The position numbers were made by a program, and so were the translations under genes. Of a stretch of DNA of 64,000 bases, positions 30,932 to 41,800 are shown piece after piece. How positions within the stretch are numbered: position 1 is the stretch's first letter; every line of letters begins with the position of its first letter. Source of the stretch: an uncultured delta proteobacterium (GTDB lineage Bacteria; Myxococcota_A; Polyangia; Haliangiales; Haliangiaceae); NCBI GenBank assembly GCA_963848295.1, contig CAWKDB010000004.1:224001-288000 (forward strand), in the 5' to 3' direction. The notes beneath the pieces were generated by a model, which saw only the letters and a list, made by a program, of their open reading frames with translations, did no database searches and was not told the DNA's origin.

Positions 30932-31744
30932 TCATGGACAGGCCTCCTGCGTGGCGTAGAGCGTGGCGACCTCGGCCGGCGCGAGGGCGACGTTCCACAC
31001 CGCGAGCTCGTCGACCGCGCCTGCGTAGTAGGCCGGATAGCTCGGGCGCGCTCCTACGGTGAGCGTCGAGCTGACATTCGAATCCGCCGGACCCGGCAGC
31101 GTCTGGCTCGAGTCCTGGACCTGCCCGTCGATGTACAACACCGACGTGCTCGACAGCCCGTTCTCGAACACCGCTACGACTTGTACCCACGTGTTCGCAA
31201 GTCCTGCCGCGGCAACGCCCCATAGATCGCCGTTCCCGGTGTTGAAGCCGAACGCTGGGTTCGGATCGCCATAGCCCACGTACGAGAGGTGGTACTCGGG
31301 CGAGTCGAACACGATCAGATCGGTCCAGTTCCCGACATTGTTCGCGTAGAGCGCACCGTTCCAGCGCATCCAGAACCCGATCGAGACCGCGTCGCCTTGG
31401 GCCGTGTCGATGTCAGGCATGTTAACCAGCAGGTAGTCGTCGATCCCGTCGAACGTGATCGCCTGGCCGACCTTACCTCCCACGTAAGCCATTCCGTCTT
31501 CGTTGGCGTTCGCCGCCATCCCATTGTCGCCGACCACGGCGGGAACCTGCGCGCCATCACCGATCGCACCGGCACCATCGAACGGCTCGTACTCGATCAA
31601 GCTCGACCACCGAGGCGTCCAGCTCGCGTCGAGCGCGAGGCACGTGTCGACCGTATCGGCCGACCCGGCTCGGGAGATCACGCCGAAATCGACCCTCCCG
31701 CAGCCGAGCCCCAGCACGACGAGCGCCGACAAGCTCAGCCGCAT
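30932..31744 (-). CDS. LamG/concanavalin-like lipoprotein
   Basis: LGCGRVDF; GQAITFDGIDDY, LYIDG, GAVDELAVWNVAL. Confidence 0.85.
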   Translation of the reverse strand: MRLSLSALVVLGLGCGRVDFGVISRAGSADTVDTCLALDASWTPRWSSLIEYEPFDGAGAIGDGAQVPAVVGDNGMAANANEDGMAYVGGKVGQAITFDGIDDYLLVNMPDIDTAQGDAVSIGFWMRWNGALYANNVGNWTDLIVFDSPEYHLSYVGYGDPNPAFGFNTGNGDLWGVAAAGLANTWVQVVAVFENGLSSTSVLYIDGQVQDSSQTLPGPADSNVSSTLTVGARPSYPAYYAGAVDELAVWNVALAPAEVATLYATQEACP

Positions 31745-31930
31745 GAGCCAGGATAACATGGACGACCGAGCAGGAACGCGACGACATCGCTCGCCGCTAC
31801 GGGCAGACCGCGAACAGGATGCCAGCCGCGTTGTCGTCGAGCACGCGACCACGGCTGCGCACCTGCGGTGACTCGCGCGGAGTGCCGAACGAGCCGACGG
31901 CCGTGAGCAGCATGGTGAGCCAGCCTCGGG

Positions 31931-33740
31931 TCAGGCCCCCGGGAGCTCGCGCGCGGTCGGCTCGTACGTGATGTCGATCGATCGGCGGACCCAGGTCGAA
32001 AGATCTTCTCCGGTGAACGGTTTCTCCAGGATCGAGGCTTCGCCCCTTTCGACGCCGTGACGTACGACCGCATCGTCTGCGTAGCCGCTCATGTACAGCA
32101 CCTGCAGCCCTGGCTTCACGAGCCGCGCCTGCTCGGCGAGTTGTCGGCCGTCCATCGTCGGCATGACCACATCGGTCAGCAACAGTCGGAGGTCATCGCG
32201 GTTTTCCGTGACGAGTCGAAGCGCGTCGCACCCGTCGCTGGATTCGAGCACGCGATAGCCGAGCGACCGGAGCGTACGTGAGATCGCACGCCGCACGTGG
32301 TTGTCGTCATCGACGACGAGCAAGGTTTCCGTCCCGCGCGCGCCTTTGGCCACGACATGAGCCGAGGGTCCCGCGGCATCGCTCACCGGAAACGTGATCC
32401 TGAACGCCGTCCCGACCCCGACCACGCTCTCGATCTCGATGCGGCCACCGGCCTGTTCGACGATCCCATGAACCACCGACAAACCAAGTCCGGTGCCTTT
32501 CCCGAGCCCTTTCGTCGTGAAGAACGGCTCGAACACGCGCCGCTTGATCTCGTCGGCCATCCCGCATCCGGTGTCGGACACCACGACGGCCACTTCTCGT
32601 CTCGAATCCGTCATCCCGCTGCGCGTGGTGATGTCGAGCGTCCCTCCGGTCGCCATGGCGTCCCGCGCGTTGACCGAGAGGTTCATCAGGACCTGAACCA
32701 GGCATCCCGGATCGATCAGGATCCGGCCGAGATCAGGCTCCAGCGACGTGGTGACGATGATGTCGTCACCGACCATCCGTTTCAGCATCTTCCTGGTCTC
32801 GTTGACGGCGAGATTGAGATCGATCGAGGCCGGGACGACGACCTGCTTGCGGCTGAACGCCAGCAACTGCCGCGTGAGCGTCTCGGCCCGGTTGACCGCG
32901 CTGCTGACCTCGTCGATCAGCTCTCGACCGGGATGGCTCGGCCCGAGATCGCTTGCCAGGATCGATGCGTTGCAATGGATCACCGCCAGGATGTTGTTGA
33001 AGTCGTGGGCTACGCCGCCGGCGAGCAGACCGAGCGACTCCATCTTCTGGGCCTCCCGGACCTCCTCGCCGAGCTGGCGCGCCTCGGTGACATCCTCGGC
33101 GAGGCCCGCGAGGCGGACCACCGCGCCGTCGCCGTCGAGCACCGGAAACAGCTTGGCGCGTACGAACCGGATCGAACCGTCGGGGTCGACGACGCGAAAC
33201 TGGTATCGCGACACGCTGCTCGGTGGCGACGTGACGACGGCGAGCATCATCGCGCGATCGTCGGGATGCAACGCGTTTAGCCAGTCGCGCGCGTCGGTGT
33301 TCAACCTCGCTCGGCTGCGCCCGAACATCCGATCGTAGGCCGGGCTGACGTAGGAGATCTGCGTGTTGTGCGCATCGGTCAGCCAGAACACCTCGTTGAC
33401 GGCACCCGCGAACTCGCACATCTGCTCGTGGCTGACCCGGAGCATCGCGATGGTGCGCTTGAATTCGCTGATGTCGACGTACGTGAACAGCGTGTGGGCC
33501 ACGCCATCGATCTCGATAGTGCGCTGCCATCGCTGCACCGTCTTGGATCCGATGGTGAGCTCGTCGCGGGCTGTCCGTCGGGGCGCCGACCTCGGCCTCG
33601 GCCGTGGTGCCCACGACTGCGTCCCTGGTCACGCCGAACAGACTCTCGTACGCCTCGTTGACGTCGACCACGTGAAGCGTGGTGGTGTGAACAAGAGATG
33701 CGGCGAACGGGGTGGCTCGAACTAGATCCTCGCACTTCAT
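31931..33740 (-). CDS. Hybrid PAS histidine kinase-receiver (frameshift near 33570)
   Basis: LAGGVAHDFNN, FEPFFTTK, GTGLGL, receiver LLTDVVMP; first PAS (VNEAYESLFG) lies in the 33740 frame. Confidence 0.9.
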
Positions 33741-33929
33741 GCCGGCAAGGACAGCAAGCGGTGTGCCGTCACTCGCGGCGGATCGTTCGGCGAAGCGCGC
33801 TGTTGTTGCCGGGACGTGCGGCTGCCCCGCAGATCCTGCGCGTCGGATGTCCTACATCGCGGATAGGACCCATCCCGGCCGTCGAGCGTCGCGTTTCCCG
33901 ACAACCGGGCGTGGCACGGCGGCTGATGA

Positions 33930-34268
33930 GCTCGACACCATACGAGCTCGCCCGCGATCTGGGACGAGCACGGCCTGTTCTCTCCGAGTGGCAAGAAGAT
34001 CGTGTGGATGAGCAGCCTTCCGTATCCACAGAGCACGTCCGTCATCAACCTCGAGACCGAGTTCATGTTGATGGACGCGGACGGTTCGAACGTCGTGGAG
34101 CTGACGCACTTCAACGTGCCAGGCTACCCGGAGTCGACGAGCCAACCTTCGGTGGCGGCCGTCGCGGGATGGAGCCGAGATGGTACGCGGCTGTACGCGA
34201 CCCAGCTGATCGGGCCCTCGATGCAGGTGATGTGGATCATCCGGCTCGCCGGCGCGTGCAGCGCGTAA
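33930..34268 (+). pseudogene. C-terminal fragment of TolB/PD40-like propeller protein
   Basis: WDEHGLFSPSGKKIVWMSS...MDADGSNVVELT...WSRDG; in-frame stop just upstream and no N-terminus. Confidence 0.55.
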
Positions 34269-34329
34269 CACGGAGCCGGACGGCCGACGATCGACAAGGT
34301 CGAGCGCGATCCCGCGTATCCTCGCGCGT

Positions 34330-35259
34330 GTGATGGCCAAACGTCGCGCGCCGCCCAAGTCGGATCTCGATCTCAACTTGCTGGTGATCCTCGAGGCGTT
34401 ACTCGCAGAGAAGAGCGTGACGCGAGCGGCAGACCGGGTCGGATTGACGCAATCCGCGGCGAGCCACGCGCTCACGCGGTTGCGCGACCACTTCGACGAT
34501 CCGCTGTTGGTCCGCGCGCGCGGCGGGATGGCACTGACGGCGCGCGCCCAAGAGCTGGCTGTGCCCGTGCGCGATGCGCTGGCCACGCTCGATGCCGCGC
34601 TGCGAGGTCCGGGCCCGTTCGAGCCGGCTCGCGCTCGCCGCAGGTTCGCGATCGCGATGACCGACTACTTGGGCGTCGTCTTGCTGCCGCCGCTATACGC
34701 GCGTCTCGCGCGAGAGGCCCCGCAGGTCGATCTCGCGATCACGTCGGTGGTGCGCAGCGTCGAGGACACGCTCGGCGCCGAATCGATCGATCTCGTCGTC
34801 ACGATGGCGCCGCTGGCGGATGAACACCCCGACCTCTACCAGCAGCGACTGTTCGAAGAGCGCTACGTCTGTGTCATGCGACGCGATCATCCGGCCGCCG
34901 CGCGTACGCTCACGGTGGACGCCTACTGCGCGCTCGATCACGTGCTGATCGCGCCACGCGGCGGCCGCGGCATCGTCGATCGCGAGCTCGCCACACGCGG
35001 GCTCGCCCGTCGCGTCGCGGTCCAGGTTCCGCACTGGCTGGTCGCGCCACACTTGGTGGCGTGCAGCGACCTCGTCCTGACGGTCGCCGAGCGGCTCGCA
35101 CGGACCTACGCTCCACTACTGCCGCTTCGCATCGTCGAGCTGCCGATCGAGCTGGCCGCGATCTCGTGCTGGCAGCGCTGGCATGCGCGCAGCCACTCGG
35201 ACCCGGGCCACGCATGGCTCCGCGGGCTGGTCGCCGACGTCGCTACTTCGCGGGTTTGA
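34330..35259 (+). CDS. LysR family transcriptional regulator (NodD-like)
   Basis: DLNLLVILEALL..SVTRAA..GLTQSAASHALTRLR; DPGHAWLR. Confidence 0.95.
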   Translation: MMAKRRAPPKSDLDLNLLVILEALLAEKSVTRAADRVGLTQSAASHALTRLRDHFDDPLLVRARGGMALTARAQELAVPVRDALATLDAALRGPGPFEPARARRRFAIAMTDYLGVVLLPPLYARLAREAPQVDLAITSVVRSVEDTLGAESIDLVVTMAPLADEHPDLYQQRLFEERYVCVMRRDHPAAARTLTVDAYCALDHVLIAPRGGRGIVDRELATRGLARRVAVQVPHWLVAPHLVACSDLVLTVAERLARTYAPLLPLRIVELPIELAAISCWQRWHARSHSDPGHAWLRGLVADVATSRV

Positions 35260-35680
35260 AATCGAAGCCGTTCGGCATGTAGACGAAGACCACGCACGGC
35301 GCCTCCGGCTCGCAGTAGTTGTCGTGCACCTGGTTCGCGACCTGGTGCCAGCGCTCGCCGGTAGCGAGCGCGGGGCCGGTGTCGCTTCCCTGGAAATTGT
35401 GCATGCGGCCCTCGAGGATGACGGCGTAGTCGTCCGAGCTGTGCGTGTGAGGACCGGGCTTGAACCCGGGCGGCGTCTTGAACAGGAACCCGATCGGCGC
35501 CTTCTTGTCGAGCGCACCGAACACGACCGAGACCTGTGGCCCCTTCGCGCCAGCCTTGGCATCGAGAGGGATCCACACGGCCTGCTTGGCGGTCGTGGTC
35601 GACGAGTGATCGGCGCGGGCGGTTGCGGCGGTGGCGAGCGAGCCGGCGAGTGCCAGAGTGATTAGCGTGAGACGAGACAT
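35243..35680 (-). CDS. Secreted cupin (DUF4437-like)
   Basis: Signal peptide; PHTHSSDDYAVILEG, VHDNYC. Confidence 0.8.
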   Translation of the reverse strand: MSRLTLITLALAGSLATAATARADHSSTTTAKQAVWIPLDAKAGAKGPQVSVVFGALDKKAPIGFLFKTPPGFKPGPHTHSSDDYAVILEGRMHNFQGSDTGPALATGERWHQVANQVHDNYCEPEAPCVVFVYMPNGFDFKPAK

Positions 35681-35920
35681 GACGTGCTCCTGGTTCTTGG
35701 TGGGTCTTGGTGATTCTCACCGTGCGCTCGCCTGGCCATCGCGTCGAGATGACGGGGTGCATGACGAGGATGCACGCCGTGCATGGGCCTCCTCGTCGAG
35801 CTGCAGCGCCAGCCGGCCCGATGACGCCTGAAGCTGGAGTCAGCGCCGACTCGACTCGGGCGGCTCGTTCTCGGGCGCCACGACTTCGTATCCACGCGCT
35901 GCGATCATACGATTGAGGAC

Positions 35921-38548
35921 GTGAAGTCGGGCGATACGCTGGCGGACGACGACACCGCACGGCCCGGTGCGGCCACGATCCCGGCGGGTGGAGTGCGTTC
36001 GCCTGTGGTCGAGCTGCAGACTGTCGATCCGGTGGTCTACCAGCGGCTCCACGAGATCGCCCGCGGTGGGATGGGGCGGATCACCGTGGCGATCGATCGC
36101 CGCCACGGTCGCTCCGTCGCGATCAAGGAAACGCTCGGCGACGGTGACACCACGCGCTTCGAGCGCGAGGCGTTAGTCACCGCGCGCCTCCAGCACCCGG
36201 CGATCGTCCCGGTCTACGAGGCGGGGCGGTGGCCAGACGGGACACCGTTCTACGCGATGAAGATGGTCGCCGGACGCCCGTTGGACAAGGCGATCGCAGA
36301 GGCGGCGACGCTCGAAGCGCGCTTAGCTTTGCTCACGCACGTGCTCGCCGCGTGCGAAGCGCTCGCGTATGCGCACGACCAGCGGATCATCCATCGCGAT
36401 CTCAAGCCGTCGAACGTCCTCGTCGGGAGTTTCGGCGAGACCGTCGTGATCGATTGGGGGCTCGCGAAAGTCTTGGGGACGGCGGACGCGGTCGGCGTCT
36501 CGAGCTCGACGCCCAGTGGCGAGATGACGGTCGCGGGCGACGTGCTCGGCACACCGCAGTACATGCCGCCCGAACAAGCGAGCGGCCAAGAGGTCGACGA
36601 ACGCGCCGACGTCTACGCGCTCGGCGCGATGCTCTACCACGTGCTCGCGGGCGCGCCTCCGTATGAAGCCGCGCCGGTCCACGTCATGGTCGCCTCCGTG
36701 ATCGACGGGCCGCCGCTACCGCTCGAGCGCCGCGCGCCCGAGATTCCGCACGACGTGCTCGCGATCGTCGCCAAGGCGATGTCCCGCACGCCGGAGGCGC
36801 GCTATCGCGATGCACGCGACCTGGTCGATGACTTGCGCCGGTTCCAGACCGGGCAGCTCGTCCGCGCGCATACCTATACGCTGCGCGAGCGAATCACGCG
36901 CTTCGTGCGGAGAAACCGCGCGGCGACCGCGATCGCGGCGGCGGCGGCAGTCGCGCTCGGCATCGGTACCGCGATCGCCGTCCACCAAGTGGTCGACGAG
37001 AAGAACGTGGCGGTCACGCAAGCGGAGCGCGCCGACGCCGAAGGCGGCGATGCTGATCTCCTCGCGACGCAAACGCTCGCGGAAGCAAGCACCGCGCTCG
37101 ACCGCCTCGGCCACATCGATCTGCTGGAGTCGATGGCGCGGCGCACGGTGGAGCACTACGAGCGCATCGAGCGAGGAGGGCGGCTCACGGATCGTCGGGC
37201 CGTCGCATATGCGCTCGCACTCGAGGCATTGTCGCGCTCCGAGGTCAAGGTTGGACGCGTCGCCCAGGCGACCAAGCTGCTCGATCACGCCCGGCATGTG
37301 CTCGCAAGAGAAACGTCGGGCGCGCCCGGCCTCGACGCGATGCGCGCGACCGCGAGCGTGGCGCTGCATCAGAGTGCGCTCGACCGCGCGACCGGCGACA
37401 CGCAGGCGGTGATCGCCCACGCCGGTGAGGCTCGCGACTGGGCGACGCGGGCGTTGGCTGTCGATGCCCGCGACCCTCTCGCGGCGCAGACGTTGGCGGC
37501 CGCGTTGATGACGATCGCGAATCGCGACCGCGCGGCCGACGACCTGGCGAACGCGCGCAGCAACTACGAGCGCGCGAAGACCTTGCTCGACGCGCAGGGC
37601 GGGGATCGCGATGCCGCGATCCTGGGCGCGCAGCTCGACTGCGAGCTCGGCTATCTCGAGCAAGGCTTGGGGCACCTCGATCTTGCGAGCGCGCGGTTCG
37701 AAGCGGCGATCGACAAGACCAGGGCGGTGCTCGTCGCGGCCGCGACCTCGCCTGACTTGGGAGCGCTCGAGTGGCAGGTCGAAGCGGATAACGGGCTCGC
37801 CGGGCTCGCGAGGCTGCGCGGGCAGCTGGCGGAGGCCGCGCGACGCAGCGCCGACGCGATCGACGGCTCCGCTCGGCTCACGGCGGCCGATCCCGACAAC
37901 AAGGTGTTTGCGTCAGAGCTGGCGTTGGCGCGCACCGAATCCGCGGAGATCGCGATCGCTTCGCACTCGCCGGACTCGGCCGCGGCCGAGCTCGAACAAG
38001 CGCGTGCCCAAGCGCACCGCCTGACCGAAGACGAGCCCGACAACCGCCTGTGGTGGCGCGATTCTCGCTCACATCGAGCGCGTACGCGGCGACCTCGCCG
38101 GCGAGCATCACCAACTCGCGGCGGAGCTCGACGCATACGTCGCGAGCAGCGAGGCCGCCCAGCACGCGCTCCGCGGCGAGCACGATCCCCTCGATCTGCA
38201 TCAGCTCGTCTGGGCGCTCGAGCTCCAGGGCGAGGTGCTCGAGGAGCTGAATCGGCGCGACGATGCGATCGCTCGCTACGCCGACGAGCTGAGGACCGCG
38301 ACCGAGCTCGTCGCGACCGGGCGTGAAGGCAAGTCCTGGCTCTCGGATCTAGCCGACGCGGAGCAGCACCTCGGCGCAGCCCGGTTGCGACGCGGGGACG
38401 CGGACGCGAGGTCGATGCTCGAGCGGGCCGCGCAACACCAGCGCGAGCTCGTCGCCGCGCACCCCGACGATGCGAGCGCGCGCGAGGATCTCCAGGACAC
38501 GGAGCGACTACTCGGGACGGGCGGCGGCACGGCACTCACCGCCCGTGA
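35921..38548 (+). CDS. Ser/Thr protein kinase with TM helix and TPR-like C-terminus (frameshift near 38062; end approximate)
   Basis: IARGGMG, HRDLKPSN, DWGLAK, GTPQYMPPE; continues as LAHIERVRGDL...LQDTERLLG in another frame. Confidence 0.85.
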
Positions 38549-38561
38549 GCCTCGCGGAGAC

Positions 38562-39884
38562 TTACGACGTGCGCTTCGGAGCGGCCTGGACCGCCGCCGG
38601 CGGTGCGGTGGTGCGCGATGGGGGCGCCGCCATCATCGCTTGCGCGGCGCGCCGGTTGTCGGCCGGGGTCGGCGAGTCGTTGCGCGTGATCACCTGCGCG
38701 GCGAGCAGCGTCTGCACGACGCGCAGCACGTCGTCCGAGCCCGACGCGACCGCGCCGTGACCGTTGCCGCCGCTCGAGCCGAAGTTGACGAACTGACCGT
38801 TCGAGAGCGCCGCTGCGACCTCGCGGGTCAGCGACGGCGCGAGCTCGAGCCGTCGCAGATCCATGTAGGCCTCGCCGGCTTCGACCAGCGCTTGCGCCTT
38901 GAGCCGGATCGCGCCGGCTTCGGCCTCGGCCACCGCACGGATGCGCGCCGCTTGAGCGCGGCCGTCGGCCTCCTGGGCGATCACGTTCTGTTCGGCATCC
39001 GCGCGCGCCTGCGTGATCTGGTTGGCGGCGAGCTCGCCCTCGCGCTGCTTGCGCACCATCGCCTGCTTCTCGGCCTCGGCGTTCGCGATCGCTGCACCGT
39101 TCGACGCGATCTGCATGTGCAGCGCGCGCTCCTGGTCGTTGATCTTCTGCTCCGCCTCGAGCTGGGCGATCCTCGCGCGCTGCTCCTCCTGCGCCTGCAC
39201 GACATCGGCGCTGGCCTTCGCACGTGCCGCCGACTCGCGCCGCCGCGCATCGGCGACCTCGCTGAGCACGGCCTTGATGTTGAGGCTGTTGAACGACAGA
39301 CCGAGATCGAGCAGCTCGCGCGAGCACGCGTCCTTGATGATCACCGCGAGCTCGTCGTCCTCGCCACGCTTCGCCAACGCCTCGGCGGTAAGCCCGGTCA
39401 CGGGCGCGCTTCCGCTGCGCGCGTTGAACAGCTGGTCGTGCCACAACAGGTTGATCGCGCGTCGCCCCGCCGACGACAGCACGTCGGTCAGCGTCGACAT
39501 CTGCTCGCCCGAGGACTTGGAGAAGAACTTGTTGGCGGCGGTGTTCACCATCGCCTCGTCCTCGCCCACGCTGACGATCGCCGACGCGCGCACCGTCACC
39601 TTGACCGGCGCTGGGCGCGCTTCGGCGTCGACGTCTGCGGTCTGATCGGTGATCTCGATGTCGACGTTGATCGCCTGCGCGGGAATCCGCCGGACCTGCG
39701 TGATCACCGGTACGATCATCGCCTTGCACGGCCCGCGGTAGATGCGGAGGCCGCGGCCGCGGCTCGCGAGCAGGATCTCGCCGGCATCGACGCTGCGCAG
39801 GAACGTGGTGACGATGATCGACGTCAGTACGAGAACTGCGACGACGGCGGCCCCGGCGATGATGAGCGACATCTGGACTGGCAT
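38562..39884 (-). CDS. Flotillin/SPFH family protein
   Basis: N-terminal TM, SPFH domain, AEA-rich coiled coil. Confidence 0.85.
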   Translation of the reverse strand: MPVQMSLIIAGAAVVAVLVLTSIIVTTFLRSVDAGEILLASRGRGLRIYRGPCKAMIVPVITQVRRIPAQAINVDIEITDQTADVDAEARPAPVKVTVRASAIVSVGEDEAMVNTAANKFFSKSSGEQMSTLTDVLSSAGRRAINLLWHDQLFNARSGSAPVTGLTAEALAKRGEDDELAVIIKDACSRELLDLGLSFNSLNIKAVLSEVADARRRESAARAKASADVVQAQEEQRARIAQLEAEQKINDQERALHMQIASNGAAIANAEAEKQAMVRKQREGELAANQITQARADAEQNVIAQEADGRAQAARIRAVAEAEAGAIRLKAQALVEAGEAYMDLRRLELAPSLTREVAAALSNGQFVNFGSSGGNGHGAVASGSDDVLRVVQTLLAAQVITRNDSPTPADNRRAAQAMMAAPPSRTTAPPAAVQAAPKRTS

Positions 39885-40549
39885 GGCGAGCTCCTAGGCG
39901 TCACGGACGCCCGGGCACACTCTACCCCTCCGGAACCGGAAACGGTTACCCGTTCACGCGCGGGATCGACGTCCTCGACGCGGAGGCTGTCGCCGACTCT
40001 CACGTCGAGGTGCGCCTGTGCATCGATCAACCGGGCCGAGAATTGCACGAGCCGGCCATCGCGCACGACCGAGACCACGCCGCGGCCGTTGCGAAACCCG
40101 GTCACCGCGGTGGCGTCCGACATCACGATCGTTTCGAGTGGCGCGCTCGGATGGCCCTGGAACCGGAACAGCAGCCGCCACACCGGCGTCACCGCGAAGC
40201 GCTCGACGATCGCCGCCGGAACGATCGCGACGAGGCCGGCCCACAGCGGCGCGAGGTGCACCGCGAGCAGCACGTTGCCGAATGCGCCGTACAGCGCGAG
40301 CAAGCTGAACACGAGCCGCGGCGACGGCAGAAAGCGCGTCATTCCAGTCGGCGTCGCGTGGACCAGGGCACCCTGCGCAGCGGCGGTGCCGCGGACCGGT
40401 ACGAGCGCGGCGGCAGCGCGAACGGGTGCGAGCGTGGCCGCGTGACCCGCGTGCAACGCGCTCCGCCCGACATTCGCGTGGCGACCGAGCGCCGGCAACG
40501 CCATCGCCGCGAGCGCGGCCAGCCCGACGACCATGAGCGTGAGGAACAT
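39824..40549 (-). CDS. NfeD-like membrane protein (flotillin partner); true end probably near 39920
   Basis: TM helices followed by OB-fold pattern GVVSVVRDGRLVQFSA...VGDSLRVEDVD; directly upstream of flotillin. Confidence 0.65.
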   Translation of the reverse strand: MFLTLMVVGLAALAAMALPALGRHANVGRSALHAGHAATLAPVRAAAALVPVRGTAAAQGALVHATPTGMTRFLPSPRLVFSLLALYGAFGNVLLAVHLAPLWAGLVAIVPAAIVERFAVTPVWRLLFRFQGHPSAPLETIVMSDATAVTGFRNGRGVVSVVRDGRLVQFSARLIDAQAHLDVRVGDSLRVEDVDPARERVTVSGSGGVECARASVTPRSSPCQSRCRSSSPGPPSSQFSY

Positions 40550-40627
40550 CCAGCCAAAAGCGTGCGCCTCGGCACCGCCCGCGTCAACAGGGGCCCGTGA
40601 GCGCGACCACTCGGGTAAGTTCCCGGC

Positions 40628-41704
40628 ATGTCGATCACGGACGAAGCGGCCCGCGCGCTGGCAGGCGTCGATGATGTCGACTGGGCATCGTTGCATCACC
40701 CCTATGGCCCGGCCGACGATGTCGCTGGCCATCTGCGCGGCTTTCTTTGCGCTCCGGACACCGATGACGCGATCGAAGCCGCCACGTTTTTCGGATCGCG
40801 CTTCGTGTGTCAAGGCATAGACTTCGGCTCCGCTGCGCCCCATGCCGTGCCGTTCATGCTGCGCTTGCTGGCTGCGCCCGGTGTGTCCGGGCGTGGGCCG
40901 GTGATGGGCGCGATCCTGACGATGCTGCGGATCGCGGTGCGCAGAACGCCACGGGACATGGAACCCGCGCTGCAGCTTGCCTGGCTCGATGCGATGGGGC
41001 GGCACGCCGACGAGATCGTGGCGGTCGCCAACTTCCTCGACGGCAAAGGCTTCGAGGAAGCGATCGAGGTTCTGGTGGTCGCGTTCGCCGACTCGATCGC
41101 ACCGCTGACGGCGCGCGCGCCCCGAACCGTGCGCGAGATCGTGGCGCGGATTCCCGATCTCGATGTCCCGCACACGCCGGGCGATCGGATCGTCGCCTGG
41201 ATGACGCCGCGATGGGACGACGTGTTCAACTGCCTAGTCGATATCGAAGCGCACGTCCCCGATGAATACCTCCCATCCGAGGGCGGCGATGACGACGATG
41301 GCGAGGACGTCGAGGAATCACAACCCGTCGAGACCGAGGCCGAGGTCGAATCCCGGAATCGTGCCGCTTGTGCACGTACACCGATCGTCGGCGCGCTCGC
41401 ACGCGATCGCGCTGCGTTGACGGAGCTGTATCTCGCCTATCTACGGGTCGAATGCGACGTCGTCGTCACCGTCCAGGACGACCAACGCCTGAACGTCAAG
41501 GCGCCGGCGTTCGTGGATGAACGCAAGCTGTTCGGCAGCGTCGCGCTGCGGACGCTCCTATCATCGCCGCCGCCCGAGCTTCCCATCGATGGCTCGATCG
41601 AATGCGACGAGGCCGGCAGCTGGCTTGCACTCCTGGTCGAGAGGGACGCAGAATTCGAGAGCTTTCTCGAGTCCTGCGCGTTTGTCCTGGAGGCGGCCGG
41701 CTGA
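40628..41704 (+). CDS. Hypothetical protein (helical N-domain VDWASLHHPYG)
   Basis: Long ORF with coding-like composition; TAAGTT-N6-ATG. Confidence 0.65.
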   Translation: MSITDEAARALAGVDDVDWASLHHPYGPADDVAGHLRGFLCAPDTDDAIEAATFFGSRFVCQGIDFGSAAPHAVPFMLRLLAAPGVSGRGPVMGAILTMLRIAVRRTPRDMEPALQLAWLDAMGRHADEIVAVANFLDGKGFEEAIEVLVVAFADSIAPLTARAPRTVREIVARIPDLDVPHTPGDRIVAWMTPRWDDVFNCLVDIEAHVPDEYLPSEGGDDDDGEDVEESQPVETEAEVESRNRAACARTPIVGALARDRAALTELYLAYLRVECDVVVTVQDDQRLNVKAPAFVDERKLFGSVALRTLLSSPPPELPIDGSIECDEAGSWLALLVERDAEFESFLESCAFVLEAAG

Positions 41705-41800
41705 CTGTTCGCGCGTTGCGCCCGCTACGAAGACATGAATCATGGTCGTCCGTGAAAGCTTGCTGGCCGCGGCGTCGCGTCGCTACGTTATCATCGCACG

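Noticed and set aside
38235..40445. Long overlapping ORFs (e.g. 38235..40445, 4477..6423, 47570..49420, 60227..62212)
   Set aside because: Antisense or off-frame shadows expected in high-GC DNA; Arg/Ala-rich with no motifs, apart from the first ~100 aa of 38235, which belong to the kinase.
38562..40549. Flotillin-NfeD pair as a novel system
   Set aside because: Well-known conserved gene pair.
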